Assembly (NCBI GenBank): GCA_030248215.1
Contig: JASANG010001276.1
Span: 186,001-250,000, forward strand
DNA length: 64,000 bases
DNA from: Enoplolaimus lenunculus
Taxonomy: Eukaryota
Direction of reading: 5' to 3'
A program made the translations under genes and the position numbers. Of this stretch, positions 49,401 to 61,400 are shown in pieces. Within the stretch, counting starts at the first letter, position 1; each line of letters opens with the position of its first letter. The notes under the pieces were generated by a model, which was given only the letters and a program-made list of their open reading frames with translations, was not told where the DNA came from and searched no databases.

Positions 49401-52400
49401 ACTCCAGTCACTGGAGTTCGAGCCCTAGCATAAAAGTAGGTCTCAAGGGAAATAGAAAATATTTATGTAATAAAGGGTTAAGCGAAAAATTTTCAGTTTA
49501 CTATCTATAAAATTGTGAACAAACAAAAACGTACAGCTGCTAATTTTGGATCTTCTTTAAACGCATCATCGACTTCAGGCGGCGGAGCAATTGCCCGTAA
49601 ATATCGGCAAAGTAACACAGATCGCGCGTTCATATCAACCACAAGGGGCAAATATTTACGATGGTCATAGCGTCGTTCAACGTCGTTTTGCCATTCTGCA
49701 ACATACCGTTGCAATTTGTCTGATTCTATGCTTTCAATCTGTAAAATAATGCAAAAATTGCTAACAGTTACGTCAAAATACAATATCGCTTCAAAATAGA
49801 TTGTTTGCTAACACAAACAGTGCCGGAGCAGGCAGGGGTGGGAGCTCCCTTCCAATTCCAGGGTGGGGTCCCAATCTCGCGAGCGAGACGCCAGACGGAT
49901 TTATAACTTAAGCGGTTTTTGTTTCAACCGGTTAAAGTCGGGGCCTTTTTATGGGTGGGGGACCCCCAAATGGGAGGTGTGGGGGGTGGGTACTCCGGCC
50001 CTGAAACATGAAATTTAAGCGTTGTTATTGAGAACTGTAGCACCATATAGGTTTACCGTATATTTGTTTAACGTTTCTGCAATATTCAGTTTAAATAGTT
50101 TGGCTTCAGTTTGAAGAGATGTTCAGATGTATTTTCTTTGCTATATTGAATATAGTTTCCTCTAATATCTGATCCCGTATTCTCAAATGTGTATAGCACT
50201 TATCACCAGTTGGTGACAGGTCATGTTTCTATGGAACAAACGTGCTGTAATGAAAAACGGTTTGATTTTTCAGCCCATGTAAAGATCAGAGGCGGAACGT
50301 TTTTCTGCGGGACTAGAAAAGAGTAACCTTAAGCTTTAGACTATTTTTTGCTTGGCTTAGGCTTAAATTTAGGCTTAGGCTTAGGAATATGCTCATTCGT
50401 ACGTCTTACGTTTAGGCTAAGGCTTAGGCTTAGGCTTAGGCATAGGCTTAGGCTTAGGCTCTCGAATATGCTTATAATACTGTTCCGCCCCTGTTCTTTA
50501 CATTGGCCGATTTGTCAATAAATGAACCAATCAGGTGCCATTGTTACGGCGGCTAGCACACCACTGTGACAACTTGTGCCGTGACCAGCCATCTTAGGGG
50601 ATATGGCTAAATTGGTACGGCGCCTACGACATATATCAAATTTTGTCTATTCTTCTACCCATTGTCCAGTAATAATTATTCATTATGATATAATTACTTA
50701 CGTTCACAATCACAAATGAAGACGACACTAAACGACACTTACGCTCACCCGACCACGAATGGGGTCAGGCGGTAACAACGGTGGATCAATTGCCATGAAT
50801 AACTCGAGGTACGGTTGGGTCAATTGTGCTCCAGTTTCTGTAACCGTCTCTTGCGTGTATCCAAACAACACTGGAGGAATGCGCAGTCGAAACGAACCGT
50901 TTACCTGTGAAAGACAAAATAAAAATATAATCAAGAATATTCTACGATAAAACTGTGACAGAAAAGTTTAATCAAATCACAGTTACGCCCAGACTACAAA
51001 ATGTCAAAGTCATCATCAGACAGCGTCAGCTTCTAAGAAGGATGAAAAGAAATATTAAAGCTTGTAAACACCACAATTAACTCTTCAAGGTGTATCTATT
51101 AATAACATTTCGGAGCATGCATTAGAAACCTGTGTTAAAATTGTCGGCCAATGTAAAGAAAAGGGGCCAAACAGGCAATATTTGTGGTTAAAAATTAAAG
51201 AAGCTATGAAACATATACTTAGAGCTCAGCTAACTTTTAGTATATGTTTCATAGTTTGTTTAATTTTTAAACACAAATATTAAATTTTTTATCTATAAAT
51301 AATGTACGATAAGATGCAAAATTTATAGATAAAAAAGTAATATTTGTGGTTAAAAATTAAAAAAGCTATGAAACCTTAAACCTATACTTAGAGCTCAGCT
51401 AACTTTAAGTAAATTGTTAAAAAGCTGAAAAATTTTTTACAAACCTGTCCATTGTAGTAAATGCTTGAAAATGGAACGCTAAACGTGCCCAGCCAGTGTT
51501 TTTCAATTTGTTGTGAAATTGTATCACGATCGCGGACGTCTTCTTCACCTTCCTAAAAATTCATGCAATATGATTGGTAATTAATATATTTTCGGTAGCA
51601 TGCAATATGATTGGTAATTAATATATTTTCGGTAGCATGCAATATGATTGGTAATTAATATATTTTCGGTAGCATGCAATATGATTGGTAATTAATATAT
51701 TTTCGGTAGCATGCAATATGATTGGTAATTTATATATTTTCGGTAGCATGCAATATGATTGGTAATTAATATATTTTCGGTAGCATGCAATATGATTGGT
51801 AATTAATATATTTTCGGTAGCATGCAATATGATTGGTAATTAATATATTTTCGGTAGCATGCAATATGATTGGTAATTAATATATTTTCGGTAGCATGCA
51901 ATATGATTGGTAATTAATATATTTTCGGTAGTATTAATTAACTAATTGCATTTTATAAGACACAAAAAGATGGTTTCAATTTAGCAATTAATTTTCTACA
52001 CATTCATTTAGAAATTAAAAACAATATCTTTACCGTTTCCCTGGAACTAAAATATAAGTTGTACGCGAACAATAGACACAAGTGCGCTAATGTTTAACAA
52101 TGCTCACATATATGTGCAGCGTAAAATGTCCAATAAATGTGAGAGCCCCCTCAAGTTCGATCATCATTTCGTCGTGCACTTATAGCTGACTTTCTCTATG
52201 CCAGCTTTTGGTGTTTTTCAGATGACTTTTCAAGCCGCCCCTGTTTAATCGGATGCTCTTTGAAAGGTTGGGACGCTAAGCAAAGTTTTGGAAAAGATAT
52301 CTACAAGAATTTTGGAGTAAGACACATTTTTCATTCAATCTTATACAAAGTGAATATAGCGAACCACCACAAGCGATGAAGTTACATAAACGTAAGTATA

Positions 52401-55400
52401 AACTTGAAGTATTAGTCGCGTCTTTGATTGTGATTGCGACCCCGTGCGCACTGCACTAAGGGAGTGTCATGCCTCAGTGGATCCACCTTCAACCACATCA
52501 ATGCTGGGAGTAGATTTGATGCTCAACTCAGTGAAAGCCCTCAAACTCGATTTGCCCCCGGGTCAACTCTCCTAAATTGAGATTTTGAAAAACAAACTTA
52601 CAGTGTTAAACACAACTTTCATGATTTTTCAGTTGCAAAATAATGTGTGTATGTATATGCAAAAAATATTCATGTGAGAAACGGTTAACAAAGCAAAACC
52701 ACTGCGAGACAAATTTCAAATGGAGTAAAGAATATGGACCCTGGCGCTCTTTACGAGCGCTACCCAAAGATTTACCTCAACTAAACCGCGCAATTTTGGC
52801 AACTCGCCAACTGTTTGATCGTACAAGTTAAACTGCACGCAGTCTGTTATGGTTTGCATTGATTCAGTTGTAAAATCATCGTTTGGCGCTCTATAACAGT
52901 TGGCAGCTGAAATCATTGCGGCAATACACACAAAATAAATTGTCTTGAAATTTCAAAACTCATACTTTCTCACATTTTTAAAGCCGTTACAATGTCTTGT
53001 ATTTTAGATATTTATAGCATTATAAACAGCTCAGAAGTTTGTGTCTGAAACGATTAAAACATAAATGTCTTATATTCAAGAAAATTACTGTTTACAATTT
53101 ATAAGAAACAAATTTCATTCAAGAAATAGTTGTCTTATATTCAAGAATTTATTTTCCGATATTTATGTACGTAAAAAAGTTGTACCGTTTGTATTCTTAA
53201 GAGAGTATAAAAATAATCGAATTTCAAAGATATTTTTGGTTGAGCTCACGCTCCCCCAACCTAAGTTTATGTCTTGGACGTATCTTAGGTTTTAAAAAGA
53301 GAGAATTTAATTGTGCTTAACTTCCAATTTTGAAGGACGACTTCTCTGGCAAATCTTGTTTCTAAGACATATATTTCACAAAAATCAACAAAACAAAATA
53401 TCAAAAAATGTTTTTTGTGTGTAGCGTATACGCGTGTAGAACCGCGTCAAAAAGCTAAAAAAATTTGTGAGGGTAGTATATTTTTGTTATCATACTTCCG
53501 TATTCAACAGGTTATGCTGAACCCAGCCGAACAGATTTTTTTGATTGGTTCCTACAGAATTTGCGAGGAAGAATATATACCGCTGTCCCCCTTTTGGTAT
53601 AAATCCCTGGCAAAAATATAAAAAATATACAATAAAATATCAATTTTGAACGAAATAATATTTACTTGACTGCAAGTATAAGTTTTTGATTCCATGTCGG
53701 ATTGTTGCCCGTTAATACTGACGTTCGTACAGTTTCACTTTGAAATGTGACTTCAACGAAAGATTCAACATCTGGCAACTGCAATATTGAAAATTAATTT
53801 CACTGTTCTGTAAAACGTTCAGTTTTAGCGTTTAAACGGTAACGTTTCTCAAATCGTATTAACACCAAGTTGAAACCGTGGACTATTTTGTGCTGGAGTC
53901 ATTTACGTTTTTTGGCTTATGAAGTTGTGTCATGTACTTGACATCATGAGAATAATACATCGTTCACAATAAAAAATTTTATTTTGCTACCGAAAACATT
54001 ATACGATAGGGTTAACACGTGAGTCATTTACGTTTTTGGCTTATGAAGTTGTGTCATGTACCTGATATCATGAGAATAATACATCGTTCACAATAAAAAA
54101 TTTTATTTTGCTACCGAAAACATTATAAGATAGGGTTAACACGTGAGTCATTTACGTTTTTGGCTTATGAAGTTGTGTCATGTACTTGACATCATGAGAA
54201 TAATACATCGTTCACAATAAAACATTTCATTTTGCTACCGAAAATATTATACGATAGGGTTAACACGTGAGTCATTTACGTTTTTGGCTTATGAAGTTGT
54301 GTCATGTACCTGACATCATGAGAATAATACATCGTTCACAATAAAAAATTTTATTTTGCTACCGAAAACATTATAAGACAGGGTTAACACGTGTCAATTT
54401 TCAAAATTGTAATGCGTTAACCCTACCTTAACGCAAAAGTTGCGTCAACCCAAACCCTAACACGTGTCACATACCTACCCTATTACGGGCAACAGAGCAT
54501 TTTGTAACACGCATTAGGGTAGGGTTAACGCATTTTTGCGTTATGGTAGGGTTAACTCATGACAATTTTAAAAATTGACAGGTGTTAACCCCACTTTACT
54601 TAGGTTTTGGTGTCAAAATGAAATTTTTTTATTGTGAACGATGCATAACCTGAGTAAAAACGCATACGTATAGTATTCTTTGATAGATTTTAACATTTCG
54701 AACACATTTTTAAATAATCACTTTACCATTTAAGTTGTTAATTTTACAGCTTACTGCCTACTTTCATAAATTGATTTCCATAAACATAGTTGAAACAACA
54801 ACAACGACAGTGTGCAAATTTAACATTTGAATGATGGCATATATTTATGAGTTAGAGCACTGAAGCAGTCACTTTAATAGAGTGAGTGGTATTTCTCACG
54901 GTCTATTAGTTTAGCAAATAACCCAATAAATTTTACTAGGCAGCCGGTTTTGCGCAATGCGCAAAAATTAGCGAGTGCACAAACACCTTCACGCAGATAT
55001 TCTTTTCACAGAACATTTAAGAATTCATTATAAATAAAGTAATGCTGTCCAAAATACGTACGTGAAGCATTCCAGCTTTAATATATAGATTGGCAGCTGA
55101 TTTTGCACAATGCGCAAAACTTTGCAAACAATGCATTGTAAACAAAATAATGCTGGAAAGTTGCCCAAAATACGTATGTGGGGCATTCAAGCTTTAATAT
55201 ATAAATAACAATAAACCAAAATTAGTCATAACTTACGCCGAAGACTTCATGTAATCGCTTTGAGTGATGATGCCTAAATTTTTTAAATTGCCAGTTTTGA
55301 ATTATAGTTTTTATTAGGTTTATCTTTTAAGCACCAGTGTTGGGAACGAAACCAGGTTTCAACGGCAGTTCGTGTGAGTTATACTGCAAAAAATTAAGCG

Positions 55401-58400
55401 TCACAGATTAAAAAAATCGAATAAGACACCAATAAACTTCTGACCTGAAAACATTGACTTTTTCAGGCTCTACTCTTTTCTCACGCTAGCTCATATCTGT
55501 TGCCAGCTCGGCATAGCCAAACCAATTCAGAACGGGCACGCAGAATCTTGCAAGGACTTGCAAAAGGGTCTAAATTGGTATCGGAGCCAAAAGTTTTTAG
55601 ATGGGCTGAACAAACCCAGGCCGCCCAAAGTCAAAATTTTTGTGCTCTGTGACCGTGGTACTAGTCATTTGTAAAACGACTAATATATTTCCGATTAACG
55701 AACGCCAGCTGCTAAGCGCTGTTTCAAGACTACGGTGCACTCGCACACGTTTATGGTGGTGTAGACGCGCCTAAAGAACTCCAACAGCGCACTCGTGTCA
55801 CTTAAAGACCAAGACAGCGATGCTCTCGTGTACGCGCTCGCTTCAATTCGACTTACTCGTGAATTCGGCTTGGAACATTAAATGCTCGAACAACGGTAAC
55901 GACTAGGTTAACATCTCCAGCACTTATATTTTGTGCCGCTACTCGTTTTCTGATATGTCGAGGAGGTTTCAACGGCCGTCCAGGATCTTCAAACGCCAAC
56001 TGAATTAACGCACTGAAAACAGCGTATCAAAACGTTAAGGGTTTAGTATCGCCAAAAAAGGCACTGGGGTCCGTCTGCGAATTCATTAAAACCCGTACAC
56101 AGAAACGTTGCGAGGACATGGACCACTCGAAAGCCTCTGCAGCCTTGCCATTTGTGCTAGAAATTTAGGCAAATGCAACGAACAAGGGCGGAACAGTATT
56201 ACGAACATATTCCTAAGCCTAAGCCTAAGCGTAAGAATGAACAAATTCCTAAGCCTAAGCCAAACAAAAAATTAATCTAAAGCTTAAGCTTACTCTGTTG
56301 TAGTCCCACAGAAAAACTCTCCGCCCCTGATCTTTACATGGGCCGAAATTTAGAACCCTTACAAGCATGGTTAAAAATTGCAGTTGTATATAAATACGAG
56401 TTAGAGATAGACTATATTGCGGAATTCGCAAAACGAACAGGTGTGTCTTACAAAATCGCTAATGTTACTTTCAGGAACGGAACAGTAGTATAAGCATATT
56501 TTAAGCCTAAAGCCTCAGCGCAAGGATATGCCTATAACTAAGCTTAAGTCTATCCCCAAGCGAAAGCAATAACTTTTTCTAAAACTAATGATTGCTTTAT
56601 TGTAGCCCTCGAAAAACTGTGCACCCTCAAAGTAAGTAGCATAAACCTACAACTTTATTAATCTAGGTATAAATTAACTACTAGAATAAAGTTTTGCAGG
56701 CGTCCGGGGCTCGCTTTCTAACGGTGGAATTATGATGCGTACGCCAACAATGGCTAGGTCTCTGCAATCTTACTTAAGTATATACTTTATAACGTGTTGT
56801 TCCTAAGTATATATTAAAGTCGAAGATTGTAAATTGGTTAGTCAATGACAGGCTACACGCTCAGAAACTTAAGTATTTACTTAACTCAAGCACGATTAAA
56901 CAAAAAATTAATTAAATATTTGCATATCAACATCATAAGTGCTAGGCTACTTTTAAGTAGGGTTTCAGAACTCCAATCAATGTTGGTTTGGGCCCCATAT
57001 GTTCTTAGTTTGGCAAAATGTTTGCTAAATTTTTATTAGGGATTTACCCAATGGATGGTATAGGATCTTCACTGACAACATCGGAGTAGAATTTAGTTTT
57101 TCGAGCAGTGGATAAACGTTGCATGACATGCTCTCTGGTCTAAAACATACACATAAAGTACAATAATAATTATAAATTTTACTCAGTTAGTCTAAAGTTT
57201 GTTCATATGTCGTGGCCCAACTCGTTTATTTAGCGCAATTCCAAATTGGGCCAGCCCAATTCCGAGTTAGACTAGTCCAGTGCGTAATTACGACTTGGGA
57301 TAGCCCACGGCGTAATTGTTTCTTTGCGACAAGTGCACGCCTTTTGATTGGTTAATACCTTAATGCCCTACACAGATACGATTGGCTGATGCGAATGCTC
57401 TTTTCTGGTTGGCTAACTGATCGCCTGCCACCTGTTGGCTAACAACCAGTTTGTTTTGTTTTACCGAGCAAACGCCCCGGATTTTTGCATGAGCCGATGA
57501 ATAGCTAAAACTGGTTTATTTAGGCAATAAAACAAATACTTCGTAAATTATCATAGCTTGTAACGGTAATAATACAATCACAACGGTACCTGTACAATGT
57601 ACTTATGCACTGCGTTTCTGTACGAATCAAGATCTTTAACTTCAATTTTTTCTTTTTCACGGGATAAACGCTGCTCGTAAGCCTGAGAGTTATTTTAAAA
57701 AGTATTGCAAGTGTTTGAAGACGAACAATTTTACGCTGTCACAGAACAAGCATATATACCGAAAGGTTAACTTAGAACTGCATGATAACTTTTCGCCGCA
57801 AATAATTCCTACAGTTGAACCAGACCCGTAGCCATCTTATCTAACTAGACGGAAGGGGGCTAAAAAATTTTCAGGAGGGAGCATTCAACGGTTTTTAATG
57901 ACTTGTAAACAAGGTTGAAAATATTTTAGGGGTGCCAAATTTTTTCCAGGGGGGCTAAGCCACCCCTGCCCCCCCTTTTTTGGCTACGGGTCCCGAGTTG
58001 AGTCGGCTGAACGTTTTGGTCAAATCCAACGAAAGTCAACATAAATATAATGTTCCATTAACCGTTGCGGCGAAAAGCGTTGGAACTACTCTATGTATAC
58101 GATTGGCTAGTGAACTCAGAATACATTACGAACAAAAACTACTGCTATTTTGAGTATTGTGTTTTAAGGAGACAAATACACCGGTATAAAGTTGAACTGT
58201 GAAACCAGAACCATATAGCTATTGTGCAATCTTGCAGTCAGAATGCGTTTAAATTACAATTTAATTACGAAGTTTAAAACGACATTTTTTATGAGTGTCA
58301 AAAATAACGGTGGCGCTATACTTTTGATGTCGTACGGTGACGACCGGAACCGGACGACGCCGCAACGACACAAGTATAGCGGCCACCGTTCACCTTGAAT

Positions 58401-61400
58401 ATGTCCGGTGGGATTTCGCGTTCAAACGGTGGAATCATTCTGAGACTCCGGAATTCGGGTACATGTTGACTTCGAAGCTTTAGCAGTCGAAATCTAAAAT
58501 AGTTACAAACACACAAGTGTTATACTATACGGTGAAATCGAGGATATTCTTTTTTCAACGACAACTGGACGAAAAGAATCGACCGAAAATGTGAAAATTT
58601 AGAAACACATCCGATAATTTGTAGTGCATCAATTGACAACAAAATAAACAAAACGAAGGTTACCTGATATTTTTCGAAAATTCCTCAAACGACACAAGTT
58701 CCAATTCCGGAGGTTCAAGTTGAAAGCATTCATACTGACGCTCGGCTTTTTTAGTTCCCATCGCTTTCATATCCTGCAATATTAAATCATTAGCCGTAAC
58801 TGTGTGCACATAGTCAATCTTGTGAGTATACGCGGTGTAGCTTGTGTATGTACAAAGTGTGTATTATAATGTTAAGACATATACATACTCGTGCACATAT
58901 GAATACCAGAGGAAATTATAACACTGGCCGCGTGGAGGAATATGGGTTTCGTTTTATCAAATGGTTTAGTTAGAGAGCGCGGTTTTTCGAACGCCACAAT
59001 TAAAATTTTAAAAAACACTTCAATGCTTAAAACTTATCAGGCCTCCATATTTGAACCAGTTTGCGTGTTCACCTGGCGAACGGATTATCTGGTCGTTTTA
59101 TAAGTTTCACAACAAATTTTCAAAATATTCTTCAATAAAGCACTTTGTTTACTACTTCTTGGTTCAATGCCATTCAAACGGTGTAGAGTGACCGGGTCCA
59201 ATTCATAACTTAACAGGATCGTAACCAGTTCAACTGTGGCTAAGATGGTTAAAAAAATTCAAAAGGGGCATACAATGAGATTTCGTTGACATTCAAGCAA
59301 GGTTGAAAATTTTCTATGGGAAGCGAAAGTCAAAAATTTTTTCATGGGGTGATGAGCTCTCCTGCCCCCCCTTGGCTACAGGACCGTGACTTGGTTAAAA
59401 ATGAAAAAACGTAACATTACTTTAAGCGCAGAAATAACCGCACTATTTGCTGGATCGTTCGGATCAATTTTTTGATTGCGGATCATATCTTGAATCTCGT
59501 TCAACGCTGATAAATGTTTCGACGCAGTTGTAGAGCGATATTTACTGAAAACAAACCGATTCGTACAAAGAAGTGATTTGATAGAAGACGCCGTATTCTC
59601 AAATGTGTGCAGCACCTATCGTCAGTCAGTGATAGGTCTTGTAACTTTCAAACCACTGAATGCTGAGGCAAAAAAACTCAACAGATTTTTTGCATACGAT
59701 TTGGTCTACTTACTGTACGAATTTTGGGTTCAACAACAGCAATAGTTAGTGGGTTTGAAAACCTATAACTAACTGATAACAGTTGCTTTATCACATTTGA
59801 AAATGCATTCTTTACAGGGGCGTCCGCAGAAAATTATTTTTCGGGGGGCAACGAATAATTTTGGTCCGCTCTACAATTTACAACGCAAGGTTGTTTACTT
59901 TTAGACCGAGTTAATTGGGGGGCACAAGCCAAATTTGGGGGAACGGCCCCCCAATGCCACACTTGGGGAAGCCAGTGATTCATACCTGCGCGTGCTCACT
60001 TTGAGGAGCAAATCGCTTTTTCGCAGAACTATAGGAGCAAGCTAAAGGTTTAGACTAATTTGTTGTTTAGGCTTAGACTTAGACTTAGTTATTGGCTTAT
60101 CCTTACGCTAATGCTTACACTTAGGATTAGGAATACGCTTATACTACTGTTACGTCCAAAGTTTTTGTCAGTGCATATGATATATAATAGTGAAAAAAAC
60201 CCGCTAGCGAAGCTGTGAAAAAAAGCTAAACGCAAATCTAAACACTATTAATCGCAAAACAGATTTTGAATTTAATCTCTGTCGGAGGTCATGGCCTGCA
60301 AGAGGCATGTTTGGGTCCGCCAGTGGTAACCCGCAGGTACGTTTGCGGTAGCCACGGCAAACCTGACAAATTCCATTGTTCATAAAGTACTCACGCGTCC
60401 ATAGCTTGCTGAAGACTTTCAGGAGGTGCTGCTGGCTGCCCTGTGGATTCATCACGGCCCCACAAAATCGACGCTTGAACCACACCAGATGTGCACGGAA
60501 TGTACGGCTGGACATCGCCAATTTCAAAGCGAACAACGTCACCTGCAACACAAATAGTGTTGCGGTATTGTTTTACGTGCCACGTCGTGCCGCACAGCTT
60601 AGCGCATCATCAAACGATACCGATCGTTGCCGCTCGACACGCCGCGCAGCGCCGTCCGACACCGTTCAGAACCGCGCGTCACAATGTCGAGCGGCAGCGA
60701 TCGGTATCGTTCAGAACCGCGCGTCACAAATCAAAGTAAATTTTAGATTTGTTTTTAGCGGTGGTGTTGCGGTGACGCGCGGTACTGACCGGCGTCGTGC
60801 GACAGCGCGTGTGTCAAAAATACTTTTTTGACATGACGCGAAGTGCCGCACGGCGCTGAAAATAGCACAGAACCTTCCTAAGACTGGAGTAAGTGCATTT
60901 GCATGCGCAAATTGTAAACCATGTAATTGAAGCAAACGTGTAGTGAGAAAGGATATCTGGTTCATCTTCTATACTCTTGAAGCAACCCATGACTTTTTAT
61001 GGTTTCACAGCGTGGTTTCGATTATGATTGGTAGCTATTCGCAGTCAATGTATTACTAAAATTGACGACAATTTGAAGTTTACCGCTTCCAACTCCAGGC
61101 ATATCTTCAATATTGTCTAAAGCCTGACTGCTAAATTCGTATTCATCCAGAGCGTTTGAACCGTTCGGTCTGGTCACTTGATCTGTATTTGGCACCGGCA
61201 AACAAATATCGGCAAGGTCAATCCAACCTGAGCCTGGATTTTCGAGTATCTTAAAATTTTAATTTTAAGATTATACGATAAGTTTTGTAATAGAAGCAAA
61301 TGCGAGAAAGTTATTTAACCATTTAACTCATAGAGTATACTATGAGCAACTAAATACAAGTAATATTCGAGCAACACTGACACTGTGCACAGTGTTTAAC

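Noticed and set aside
50340..50460. True telomere or chromosome-end signal from TTAGGC runs
   Set aside because: The tracts are short, degenerate and enclosed by TIRs and TSDs inside introns.
51562..51931. CRISPR-like array (37-bp repeats)
   Set aside because: Units are head-to-tail with no unique spacers, there are no cas genes, and the context is a eukaryotic intron.
57048..57139. Apparent frameshift in a CC2D2A exon
   Set aside because: Recounting the T run at ~57097-57101 (5 nt) gives an intact frame, TREHVMQRLSTARKTKFYSDVVSEDPIPSIG.
60204..60965. Independent genes from the 115-151 aa ORFs
   Set aside because: They are off-frame or antisense readings of CC2D2A exon 60542-60395 plus an adjacent CpG-rich repeat element.
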